Below are positions 11,601-23,400 of a DNA stretch of 47,744 nucleotides, piece after piece. Made by a program: the position numbers and the translations under genes. Below the pieces are notes generated by a model that ran no database searches, was not told the origin of the DNA, and saw nothing but the letters and a program-made list of their open reading frames with translations. Source of the DNA: Chromera velia. Taxonomy: Eukaryota. Positions within the stretch are counted from its first letter, which is position 1; each line of letters opens with the position of its first letter. The stretch is from the NCBI GenBank assembly GCA_018398765.1, contig JAHBMJ010000433.1:1-47744 (forward strand). Direction: 5' to 3'.

Positions 11601-14304
11601 CGGAAAAAGCATCCCACCTGAGCAAGTCACGCCCCCTGCCCCAGAGAATCCGGTGTTGCAGGCACACGTGAAGCTTCCAGCACTGTTTGTGCATGTCGCC
11701 TCGACGTGGCAGTCGTCCACTGATGTCAAGCACTCATCGATATCTGGACGGAAGGTCAAATGCAGGAGGAGACAGACAATACAAACACACGGCGATAGAC
11801 GGCCGAGAAAAAACAAAGGAGCAGACGGCATTCTCCATTGAAAACGAGGTCCAAATATGTAGAAGAAATGCCTCAAACAGCGTTACTGGCTGATTCAGTC
11901 TGCCTCGCATCCGTCCGACTGTATTCAACTGAAAAAAGCCGCAAAGGGCCCCAACGGACTTTCGCATGCATACCTCATATGACGCCAAATTGATGCGTAC
12001 ATGGATGTGTATTTTAGTTGTTTGAATTGAATGACCTGCGCAGTTGACCCCATTGCCTGTGAAACCGCTATTGCAGGAGCAAGTGAAGCTGCCGTCTGTG
12101 TTTGTGCAGGAACCGTCGGTGCTGCAGTCGTGCACTGAAGTTGCACACTCGTCCGGGTCTGCAGGTATGCAGCGCATGCAGTGGAGAATCAGTGAAGGGG
12201 CACGGATGAAAGAAGATGTACGTCAGATCTGCATGGCTCTGGCATGAAGAAGGTCGTCGGTTCTGAATGCGTAGTGTGAGGCTGCTGTCGTTCCCCTCCT
12301 TGCACGGGCACCCGCCTTTCTTGAACGAAGCTCCACTTCATCTGAACAGACCTCAGCCATTCTGCGAAGTTTTTTCGTCCGCGCATGCGCGTCGCTTTGG
12401 TCATGAAAGCGTTTGGGATGAATTGCATGAGGCAAAACAAAGACGATCCTCAGTCGTCCCCAAAGAAAGCAGATCAGCATCCTGACTGACCTGTCGAAAA
12501 CACAACTGGCGACTTGACTGCAGCACTTGGGGCCATTCCGAGCTCCCCGTGTGAGTTTTGCCCGGACACCAAGATTGTGCCGTTGTTGAGTTCGACGAAA
12601 AGAGTCAGAGGGCCAATGGCAACCTGATCGATCAATTGCAGACACGACAGAGAATGAAAAGACGCTTGACAGCCCGATAAATGACCAGCATCCGCTCTCT
12701 CTCTCTCAAATGACTGCCGCGGCAGAAACGGGCAAGGAGAACACAAAGGAAAGGGGAACAAGGGTGGGCGGGCGGATTGTGGATAAGGGAACGTCGCGAA
12801 AGATGGGAGGACAGATGGATTCATGAAAGGAAGGACGAAGAGCGCATGCCAACAGAGAGAGAGACAGAGAGACAGATGGAAGAATGCAAGAAAACCACAT
12901 GTATGCGTACCGACAGACAGACAGACAGACAGACAGACATTGGCAGCGCCTGAAGGAATCCCAGGATATTGTGTCGGTGTGGCCACATCGTTTGTGTCGC
13001 CTGTCCCCATATTCCCTATTTCGTTGTCGCCGAACACCATCACACTCCCGTCGGACATCAGAACGACATTCGAATCATCCGCTGAATACAAAAAGACAGA
13101 CCAGACAGACAGACAGACAGACAGGAAGGCAAGATGGAGATGCGTGGTAAAGAGCAGAAACAGCCCTTGCAGGCAGCTACGTGAGAAAGGGAGCAGAATG
13201 GCGGTCTTGCTGACTGAGGGTTTCAGCCCTCTTTGCTCTGGCGAGGGCGAAATGTGAATACATCTGAAGAAAACTCAAAAAGGGGGAGAAGCTGGGTTCT
13301 CTCACACTCATAAGCTCAACCAAGCACTGTCGCTCTACGTCCTCAAATGACATCATTGTCGTTTGCTTCAACACTTTATGAACCATGCCACGAGCACTTA
13401 TGAAAACCCATGAAATTTGACTGCTTTTTTCATTCTCTTCTGACGTCATACAGAAACGAAGGCAACCAGACCGACCTGCAAATGCCGTCGCGACTCCCGA
13501 TGAGATGATGAGCAAAGGAGAAGACTGGGTGGAACCCGAGGCAGACGTCCCCAGCCGACCGTCAAAATTGGCCCCCATCGAGTACAGCTTCCCGCTGTTG
13601 GTCACGAAGATGCTGTGGTGGGACCCCGAGGAAGCAGACTTGATGGTCTCACCCGAGACTGTCACCTGCACATCACCCTCACAAAAAAATAATCAGTGTG
13701 CACTTACTTGTGCGTATAGACAGATTCAAGCAGGTATTATACCTGGTTCAAACAGATGCGTGAAAGTGCACGCGAACGAAGAGCACTTCTGTGTCTGTGT
13801 TCTCCTTTTGTAGCTGGAACGTTCTTGCATCCAGCTGGAGCTCGCCGTCAAGGCACTTTTCTGTACATGCAGATGTCCTTCCAATGGGCTGCCCTGACTC
13901 ACAAACCTGCGATGGAGTTGACATTTGTGAAGTGTGTCCCAGACCGAGCTGCCCTCGGTCGTTCCGTCCCCAGCTGAACAGTTTCCCGTCGGAGGTCCAC
14001 GCGAGGCTTGAGTCCTCGTCCGTTGCGGCCCCCACTACCGTTTCTGTGTTCAGAGAGGATACTTCTTGGGGAGTGTTAAAGTCTGAAGTACTCCCGAGAC
14101 CTGCGGGCACACCGGGAAGAGAAGACAGGAGGGAAGGTCATATGAAAGTTTGAGTGCTTTCCTTCTTTTCGGGTGAAGGCTTTCGTCTTCAGCAGAATAG
14201 GTTTCGCCAGTCCGAGAGAAAATGAGAGAGACAAACAAACAAAAAGCGAGAGAGATACTGGAACAAAAAGACAGACAGACTATATCAGACAGACAGACTA
14301 TATC

Positions 14305-14335
<31 letters not shown>

Positions 14336-14344
14336 GAGACAGAC

Positions 14345-14387
<43 letters not shown>

Positions 14388-15049
14388 CAGACAGACAGAC
14401 AGACAGACACAGACAGACAGACAGACAGAGAGACAGACAGAGAGACAGACAGACTATATCAGACAGACAGACTATATCAGACAGACAGACTATATCAGAC
14501 AGACAGACAGACAGACAGACAGANCAGACAGACAGACAGACAGACAGACAGACACGAACGAGACAAGTACAGAAAATACGGAAACGGTAGAGACAAAAAG
14601 GAAGACACATGAGCCGGACGGAGTGTCAAAGGGAGAGAGGGAAAACAGCTCTGTACGCACACATGAATACATGCAAACACGCACACAGAGACATGAACAC
14701 ACACATACACAGAGAGAGANNNNNNNNNNNNNNNNNNGGGGGAAAGAGGGAAACAAGCCCAAGCGCGGGGGGCGTAAAAGAAGAAGAAGAAGAAGAAGAA
14801 GAAGGAGAAGACTGACCCAGTCGGCCTGCAGTCGCGGTGTCGGTTTCTCAGGATCGACGGCAATAGAAGAAAGTGACGGGTCCAGTCAATGAAGGGAGAG
14901 AGCCGCACGGAGAGATGAGAGAAATTCATTTAAACATTCGGATAGGGAGATGGGCACACACAGAGAGCGAGGGGGAGGGGGTGCAGAGAGAAAGAGAGTG
15001 AAAAAGAAAGAGAATGAGAGAAAGAGGGAGAGAGAATGAGAGAAAGAGG

Positions 15050-15096
<47 letters not shown>

Positions 15097-15880
15097 AGAG
15101 AGAGAGACAGAAATAAAAGAAGAAAGAGAGAGAGAGAGAGAGAGGGGACAGAGAGGCATAAATTATTAAGAGACACACAGAAAAAAAACACAAAGACAAA
15201 AAGGGAGACCCGCGGGGGCGGGCGGGAGGAAAGCCGCAGCAGGTAGGGACAAAGGAACGCACATACTAGGAAAGACAATAAGTCAACTGTTTTTGCTGCA
15301 TCTGCTCTGGGTGAAACTGAAATAGCGATTCAACGGAAAGAAGGGCCCATTGCCAAGAGATCCTGCATTTCAAATTTGAAGTGAATGAAAAAAGAAATGC
15401 AGCTCACAGAGAAGATACGGATGGCGGACGTTTCTGGTTTCATGACAATGAACAACCAATGAATGTCAAACTTCCTGTCTGCTTCAACTTGTTTGCATAT
15501 CCCTCTAGCTATCTCGCACAAAACAAAAAGAAAAATCCTGACCGTACTGCCCGTCGCCCCAAGCGAAAAGTTTCCCGGAAGAAGTCCACATCAGTGTCGA
15601 GTACTTCCCACACGCAGCTCCGACAACTGACTCCCCAGAGAGGGGGGAGCTGTTGCTGAGATTCTCCAAAGCGTTTCTGTCTGTGGAGTCACCCAAGCCC
15701 AGTTGGCCGTAGTCATTTTGACCAACGACCAGCGCGGCCCCCGTCGAATTCACCAGCACCGTGTGGAAGTACGCGCATCCACTCACAATACTACTCACAG
15801 AGGGGAGGAGAGTGAACTGAGACCGGTCTGTGTTGTCCCCAAGTCCCAACTGACCGAATTGGTTGGAACCCGCTGCGAGC

Positions 15881-15945
<65 letters not shown>

Positions 15946-16489
15946 AGAGAGAATAAGGGGCGCCGCTGTGCCTTTCTAGCTTCTTGATAGATCTGGCACC
16001 TTTTCCGCTTCTCTGTCACCACATTTCGAGTTCAGACATCCTGCATGTCCTCTCCACATTCCTTCAATGCATCGATCGAGTGCCTCTTCGTCCCTGTTTG
16101 CATTCCTGTCTTTCTACGTCATAGTCCCTCCGACAGCTAGCCTCACTGCATATTTCGGTCTTCTGGTTTGTTCATCAAAAGGTCAGTCAAACCGCGCTCC
16201 AAACAGTAACTCAGTCGAAGAGCCTCGCCCCATCCATCATAAATTTGCGCACCCGCCTTTTCTCCCACTTCTGTATGCACTGGCGAAATCTCTCCTCTTA
16301 TGGACCCCGCCACTTCATATATATATTGGCTCACTCACTGTCCGACACTCCGACTGACACATTTCCGCTTCCGTCCACGACTGTAGTGTGCTCTTGTCCA
16401 CCAAGAATGGTGACCGCTTCCGCGGGTCTCAACCAACTCTTGCAAGCTGTATTTGTAAGGTAGAAAAGCACAGCTTGAACAAATTTCAT
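195..16489 (-). CDS. Large predicted cell-surface receptor: signal peptide + 7 RCC1/BLIP-II repeats + 10 cbEGF + GPS-like motif + polycystin-1-like TM region (3' end outside window)
   Basis: Manual phase-consistent GT-AG model. RCC1 part: 16489-16359, 15880-15543, 14825-14817, 14100-13907, 13665-13476, 13081-12939, 12623-12491. Then ten EGF exons between 12158 and 8719. Then 8451-8423, 8142-8113, 8014-7928, 7597-7556, 7201-7187, 6916-6904, 6818-6645, 6188-6087, 5838-5685 (acceptor weak, uncertain), 5603-5261, 4930-4909, 4851-4835, 4624-4549, 4345-4254, 3940-3789, 3445-1781, 1359-1321, 1145-195. The last exon ends at a GTGAGT donor, so the gene continues leftwards. N-terminus [27 protein letters not shown] looks like a signal peptide. 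The RCC1 and EGF parts are secure; the middle exons are inferred from phase fit. Confidence 0.75.
4653..4736. repeat. 42-bp intronic tandem duplication (2 copies)
   Basis: tttattgtactctgatcaatc(g/c)cccttccgtctgatcctgtc at 4653-4694 and 4695-4736, with one mismatch. Confidence 0.9.
8719..12158 (-). repeat. Array of 10 calcium-binding EGF exons (123 or 126 nt, all phase 1-1)
   Basis: Exons 12158-12036, 11743-11618, 11353-11231, 11041-10919, 10715-10593, 10425-10303, 10040-9918, 9748-9626, 9223-9098, 8841-8719. Each encodes DxDEC...C...CxNxxGSFxCxCxx(G)..G...C and is bounded by CAG and GT. Confidence 0.93.
12491..16489 (-). other. RCC1/BLIP-II seven-repeat beta-propeller region (exons 1-7 of the receptor gene)
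   Basis: Seven repeats carry the G-x-N-x-x-G-Q-L-G type motif: [75 protein letters not shown]. Most are preceded by an H/S-T/S-hydrophobic strand. Confidence 0.9.
14270..14552. repeat. (CAGA)n microsatellite with CTATAT interruptions, intronic
   Basis: Directly visible. There is an ambiguous base at about 14524 and an N gap nearby (14720-14737). Confidence 0.9.
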
Positions 16490-17289
16490 CGGACTTTAGT
16501 TCTGCTTGGAGTAAGCTTTCGTTCGGGGATGCTTCAATTTGAAACCTCTTTTGGTTTGGACAATTAAAATCACGGAAAGCACCTGAGGGTGATACATTTT
16601 TCAGACAGTGTTTCACCTCACAATTAAGTCTTCAGTGTCGATTGATTCTCATTCCAGGTGAACCACCAGATAGACATGAATAGCATGGCCTCCGACTTCA
16701 CGTCATGCATCTGATTGGTCCAGCTATACTATCAAAGTCGCCGCCACACTGGTCTCCAGGGAAAAAACAGAAAAAGGTCAGTCGCAAGCATGCATTTTCA
16801 CCAATGATTGACGCACGCGCATCAGCGTGGCCCCGGAAAGCGTGTGAAGTCCTCCCGTGCGAGCCGGCCGCCATGCACATCGATCCACATCGTGCCACAT
16901 CAAATTCAGACTGCCGTCTCGCAAAAAATTCAGTGAAACCATGTGAAACCTTTCAGACTTTCGCGGGATGCAGCCAGCTAGGTGGATGCGCCCGGAATCT
17001 GCTCATAATTGATTCCTTTTCAGATGTACCAAAGAGGTATATATAAATTTGTTTCAGGCCCAACGTTGACAAGCCCTTTTGGTTTCCTTGCCTCCTGGCT
17101 CCATTTGGATAGTCAATCGTCTTGTTGAAAGACAAGCTCTCCTGTCTTCTTTCACTGCCTCTCTATCACTTTGTGTCACACCGAGCAAAAAAAGGGTGAG
17201 GATTCCGGTAAAGTTCCTCTGCTCTCTGTCTAGCTGACAGGGCCAGCCCCGAAGAACGAAGAAGGAGAAGCGGACTAAAAGAAGAAAAG
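16490..17289. promoter_or_regulatory. Divergent (head-to-head) intergenic region between the receptor gene and PSMA1
   Basis: About 800 bp between opposing start codons, and free of microsatellites. No specific element was identified. Confidence 0.5.
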
Positions 17290-20200
17290 ATGTACCGAAA
17301 TCAATACGACACGGACTGCATCACCTGGAGTCCACAAGGGCGGATCTTCCAGATCGAGTATGCCATGGAAGCAGTCAAGCAGGGGACATGCATCGTTGGC
17401 CTCAGGACAAAGACGCACGCAGTCAGTCAGGTGCTCCGATACAGCCACTTAAAATGAAGACAGTGTACTCTTCCCGCATTGGCATCTAGGGTGCTCCGGA
17501 ATTTCTCCGCCCCACCCGTCTCCACTCCCGCTTGCTGTCTCCCTTTCTGTCGGTCTCCCCAGTTCCTTTTCACTTTGCAAATCCCTTTTTTCTCTGTACC
17601 TCTTTTCTACCACTACGTATGTAGCACTCGTGCTCAACTACCAGCCAGCCAAGCAATTCATTTATTCGGCCAAAGAGAGAGAGAGGCATTTGACGAAGGG
17701 CGGAGAGGTCTCTCTCTCATCTCCTTCCTTCTACCAGTGTTTGATTGAACTCCCGCCCTCCTTTTCGGTCATGCGTGCGTCACGACGCAGTCTTCGTCAT
17801 GAGATTCCCCGAGGGCTTAAGCCTTTTTAGTGCCTTTCGTCTCAGATGAAGCAGACCAGAAACAAACAAACTCTCAGCTGATTCTCCCCTCCCCTGCCTC
17901 TGGTTCTTTCTTTAATTGCCCGAGGCACTCACTCACTCACTCCCTTTCTGCAGTTCATCTGTAGTTTCAATCGCTCGACCTCCCAGCTTGCAATGCCTCA
18001 ACAAAAGCTCTTCAAGATCGATGACCACATGGGAATTGCGATTTCGGGTTTGAACGCCGATGCACGTCAGTCAGTCAGTCAGCCTCCTCTTTGTCTTAAT
18101 TTTCTTTTCTGCCATGGTCTGGGTGGCGGTATGGTATGGTATAGTAGCGATTCTGGAGGTCTCGAGGCCGGGCAGAAAAATGAGATCATCTATTGAAGCT
18201 TTTCGCTCCACGTGACCTTCGAAGAAAAGCAGCGGTCTCGTATCCTTCCTACCTTTCTTCCACTTAGTTCCCAGCTAGCCCGCTTCCCAACTTGCGTTTT
18301 TTCCTCTCCCGCCGTCTCCATCCGCATTCCACCGTCCCCAATTTCCTTTAGTCCTTTCCTCTGCCGGACTGCTCCTTTTCCTTCTGCATCATCTGGAACA
18401 ACCGAGTCTTTGTTTGTTTGTTCGGGTCTGCACCTATCTAGTCCAATTTGCAGAAGAATTACACGAAAGATTTAATCCCTCGTGGCGTCCATCTGTGCAT
18501 TCAGTTCTTCGTGCTTTCTTTCTCTTCCCTGACAAAAAGTTCCAAAGCTACCCTCCCTCCCTGCCCTGCAGGCGTTCTGTCGACCTTCATGCGCAATGAG
18601 TGCATGAGACACAAATACTCTCATCAAGCACCTCTGAGCGCGGGGCGGTTGGTGGCTCTTATTGGCAACAGTGAGTCGGTTTCCCTCGCGCTTCCTTCCG
18701 TCATTGTAGCTTCAAGAGATCACGCGAAAGAGCCTGAAGAGGCCTATACGTCCTCTCTCGCTGTCTCGAGAGAACTTTGAAAAGGGCTGGGTCCCTGTCA
18801 CTTTGCCTGAGTGGTCGTTCTGTTTGTTCACTCTTCGCTCTGCCCAGCCCCGCAGACGAAGCAGACTGCATCATGTGTTGATGTCTTCTACAACGTCCGT
18901 CCACAGGGAGAAAGAAAGAGACAAGACAGCTAGACCACCCCCTCTTTCTCTTTCTCTTTCAACAGCTTCTGATGTTTCCTCGCAGCAACATGAGGAACTG
19001 TGACAGTCTGTGCGGGGGGGGGAGGGGAGGGGAAAGGGCGTCCTGCAGCTCTCAGACCGGCTCGCACAGAGCCTCCCTCCATGCACACGTACATGTATCG
19101 ATGACTTCGTTTGCGCAGTCACTGATGTACAAACACACATGTGAGTACTTTTGTGCATGCAGAGTCTCAAATCAACACCCAAAGAGCCTCCAAAAGGCCG
19201 TTCGGTGTGGGCCTTCTCGTGGCGGGAGTGGATGTGGGTAGTCTGTTTCTTTCTTTCTTCCTTCCTTCCGTTCGTTCGTTTCTCTCTTTTTTCCGCAGCA
19301 CTTCTTTGACGCGTTTTGGCCTCCTTTCCTTTCTTCCCTCCTTTCCGGCCTCCCATCTGTCTGCCCTGTCTACTTTTTCCCTTTCCCTTTCCTTTCCATC
19401 AGCTGATGGTTCGTTCGATTGCCCACCCACGCGGTTGTTACTGTCTGCCCTCTTCCTGATTTTCTTATCTTCACAATCCTCTTCCCTGCCTTGTTTTGCT
19501 TACTCGCTTGCCCCTTCCGTTGCAGAACCTGGGACCTCATATTTACGAGACCTGTCCCTCGGGGAACTTCTTCGAATACACGGTCGGTCGGTTGTGGGTT
19601 TGCATATCAGAGAGATAGGCAGGCCGAGGGAACTACTTCGAATACACGGTCGGTCGGTTGTGGGTTTGCATATCAGAGAGATAGGCAGGCGGAGGGAACT
19701 ACTTCGAATACACGGTCGGTCGGTTGTGGGTTTGCATATCAGAGAGATAGGCAGGCAGGGAGGCATCGCGAACGACTGCAGAAGTGACCACTGGGTCTAT
19801 GCATTTGTAGAAAGGAATGTGTGAGGACTCACTTTCGTCCTCTCTGTCCTGCTTGGAGCTCTCTCTGTTTTCTTTGCATCTTTTTTTTCCCGCTGGCTAA
19901 TCTGTTTGGATGCTGCGTTCTTGAGTGTGTGTCAAGTAACTTTTCCCCCCTTCCCCTTCAGCCTGTTGCCCTCCGTGGAAGGTGTCAGTCACTTTGCAGC
20001 GACCCGCCTGTCTTCTGTGCTGATCAAGTGCTCTCATATTTTGATTCTGCATCAGCGTGCATACATACGTCCACATGATTTTTTCCTTTTTTTTTTTCAG
20101 GCCATGGCTCTCGGCGGAAGGTCTCAATCTGCACGGACGTATCTTGAAAAGCACTTTCAGACTTTCGATGACGGTGAGCCAGCCTCTTATTTTCTTTTCT

Positions 20201-21201
20201 TTTTCCCCTTTTTTCCGTTCCCCGTTCTCTCTACGAAAGGTCCGAGAGCTGAGACGAGGACGACAAGGCATGAGAAAGGCGAAGTGATGCAATCTGTCAT
20301 TGTGTGAGAGACACTGTTTGTTTGGTTGTTTGTCTATTTTTCAATCGAAAGACAAGAAAGGAGTTTCCAGCGAGCAAGCGAACGAGAATCGTCGTCTCAT
20401 CTTAACATGGAGTGAGACTGGAAATATGAAACGTGAAAGGGGCCGAGAGAGTCCTCAACTTGGTGGGTCAACTTTACATCCATGTGTGTGCGTTTCTTTT
20501 CTTTTCTATCCCCGATCTGACGGTCACTTTGTGTTCCCGGCTGAGGATCATGGATGTCCCTTGTTCGCCGTCTTGCTTACAATCTCTCTCTCTCTCTCGC
20601 TTTATTTTTCATCCATTAATTCGTTCATTCATTCATTCATTCATTCATTCATTCACTCTCGTGCCTTCCCCCCCTCCCCCCCTCTGCGCGCTTGCAGTCA
20701 CTGTCGAGGAGGCGACCTCCCACATTCTCAAAGCACTCGCGGCCTCCTGCACTGCAGACACAGAGTCAGTCAGTCAGCCAGGCGAGGAGGTACGCGAAAG
20801 CACCCGAAACGACCACATGGGCAGGCAGGAGGGTAGAGACAGAGTTGCACAGTCACACACAGGCAAGGGGGCTGCCGAGAAGAAAAAACGGCCCACCGTT
20901 TCCCTTTCCTTCGCGCAAAGCAACGAAAAAACGATATCAAAACCGATGTTTGGTTTTCTCAACCGCGCCCAGAGAAAAGGAAGGAAGCCAGGCGCGTAAA
21001 GGAAGAAGAAATGAAGTCTGAAACGGGCGGGCGTCAGACAAACAGATATGCGTGGGGGGGGGGGGTTGGAAGGACTGAAGGGGTGGGCGGGGATTAAAAC
21101 AAACAGAAGGATTGTCGACCTGATGGGTAAGGTTCGTGACATATTTTCTGTTCTTTTCTTTTCTGGGCCTCCCCGTGTTCCTTCCACGAAATCCTTCTCG
21201 G

Positions 21202-21232
<31 letters not shown>

Positions 21233-21661
21233 CTTCCCACCAACTATTCCTTTCTTTCCTGCCAACGAACGAACGTCTGAATTCTCTCGCCGCCCCCCCG
21301 ATTCCCCCCCTGCATGTGTGGAGACATACATAGCATGCGTGTGTGCGTGCAGGCTTTCGGTGAAGAACGTTTCGCTTGGGATCGTCGGGAAGGACTGTCC
21401 ATTTTACAGTCAGTCATTTGATTCCTTTATTTCGTTGAATTCCCATCCGTCTCTTTCGCTGTGTCTTCTTTCTTCCCCCCCAAGCCATAGGTATTGCTTG
21501 TGTCTTTCCTTCCATCCGCATTGGGGGGCCTGTTCGAAGGGACCCAGCGTGATAGGCAAGGATGAGATGGTAGATAGGCAGATCAATGCTTTCACTTCCT
21601 TGCTGAAGTTCTCACGGGCAGCCTCACTCTTTTTCTTTTCTTCTGCTGATTCCTTCCACGG

Positions 21662-21697
<36 letters not shown>

Positions 21698-22277
21698 GTG
21701 CGTGTGTGTGTGTGTGTGCATGCGCGCGCACGAGAGAGAGAGGGAGTTTGTGCACGAGTTGTGTCAATCCAAACAGAATTGTTCGAAATGAGATGAGATG
21801 AGATTGGATTGGATGGATCAATGAATGAATGAACGAATGAATGAATGCAGTGATGGACGAGGCCTCCCTCCAGACTGCACTCGATGCGATCAAGGGAGAC
21901 TCGGTCAGTCAGTCAGTCAGTCAGTCAGTCAGTTAGTCAGTCAGTCAGTCAGCCATCAATTCTGTCTGTCAGTTTCTGTTTGTCTTTATCTTCAGTCAGT
22001 CCTCAGCGGAGTTCTCCTGTCGTCCGTATGAAAGAGGTCTGCTTTGAGATTCATTCATGTGGTTTTGTCCATGTAGTCATGATGAGGACGGCTAGAGAGG
22101 GAAGCGGACCTCCATAACGCCAGAGAGTCCAGCACGCTGCTTCTTCGGGGAAGAAGTGAGGAAGGCAGTACTGTATAGAGTGATGTGAAACGGGTAGAAT
22201 GAGGCTTCAGTCAGTGTGGTTTCTGGAACTTTCTCTGCATGGATGGATGGATGAAGAGGATTGAAGGAGGGATGTTT

Positions 22278-22332
<55 letters not shown>

Positions 22333-22684
22333 AGACGCTGGAGTGGTCGGTAGACTGACTCATTTGATTAGAGAGAGAGAGAGAGAGAGAGAGAAGGCAG
22401 CTCTATCTGGTTGGAGGCTCTCTCTCTCCATGTGTTTTCTTTTTCTCCCTCCTGTCCCGTGTGCCTTTTTGAAGGCAGAGAAGGACACGAAACCCGCTCT
22501 CTCTTCCATGTCGCCCAGCATAGAGGTATCGCTGCTGTCTGTTGATGCCTCCTGGGGCAAAGTGATGGAGGGTGAAAATAAAATCCATGCTGGGGCCCAT
22601 GAGAAGGTGTGATTACGTCATGAAACTTTTCATGTTGGTATTTCGCTCTTGCAGGGAGGTGCGGCTCCAATGGATACCTCGTAA
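17290..22684 (+). CDS. PSMA1: 20S proteasome subunit alpha type-1 (alpha6), 10 exons, about 249 aa
   Basis: Exons 17290-17421, 17954-18065, 18572-18670, 19163-19233, 19526-19582, 20101-20173, 20698-20764, 21353-21408, 21851-21903, 22655-22684. Translation includes [68 protein letters not shown] and [14 protein letters not shown], and ends APMDTS*. Confidence 0.95.
19562..19756 (+). repeat. 3 x 66-bp tandem repeat spanning the PSMA1 exon-5 end and its 5' splice site
   Basis: Copies start at 19562, 19628 and 19694: gggaact(t/a)cttcgaatacacg|gtcggtcggttgtgggtttgcatatcagagagataggcaggc. Confidence 0.95.
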
Positions 22685-23400
22685 GGAACTGACTGCATCA
22701 AGTTTGCTCTTCCGACGGCAGAGTCTTGAGGGGAAAAGGGGGGGGAGGGGGGGAGACGTGGGCGTCTCTCTTGTCCCCTCTCCTCTTGGCGAGTCTTCCG
22801 GGAGACGTTCGTGTCTGTCTGTCCGTGTGTCCGGGCTCTGCAGGCAAGAGAAAGGTGCTTCTTTTCTTTTTCTCCATACTCAGATGTACACCAGCCGACT
22901 GATTGATTTGGACGGACCCCTTGATGGCCCCCCGATCGATGAATCAACAAACAGGTTGGAAGAAATTAAAGAGATGCGATTTGTCGGTGTTGTCTTTTTT
23001 GAATGGCAGCAGCTGGCTGACCGTCAAAGAGAGGGGTGAGGTTCTGCAGTTCTCTAAGGAAGTGCCTGCGACTGAGAAGACCCGGCTATCTGGTGGCATG
23101 CAGGCAAGCAGCAGCGTGTAATCAGCCAGAAAGGCGGGCACGCAGGCAGATCGGGGCCCGGGAGTTGGGGGTCAATTCGCAAATGTTTGGGGGTGGGAGG
23201 GCGGTGGCAATGCTTGTTCTACACTGAGGTCAAGACCATTGATTGTTTATTATATATAGTAATCATCTAGGTAATCATCTTCTCAACCACATATATAGTC
23301 ATTATAAGTCATTATCAACTAAGTGTAACAACTCTTTATACCTATGAATTCGACCCCCTGCAATGAATGGCATTGAATGATTATGTGTTAACCCGATCTA

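Noticed and set aside
8719..12158. Regularly spaced near-identical repeats with unique intervening DNA (CRISPR- or cassette-like)
   Set aside because: The repeats are 123-nt EGF-coding exons bounded by AG/GT, and the intervening DNA is intronic.
14050..15278. Long ORFs such as [12 protein letters not shown] and SLSL repeats
   Set aside because: Translations of intronic microsatellites. The same applies to 25159-25780, 31348-31836, 40219-40776 and 44877-45350.
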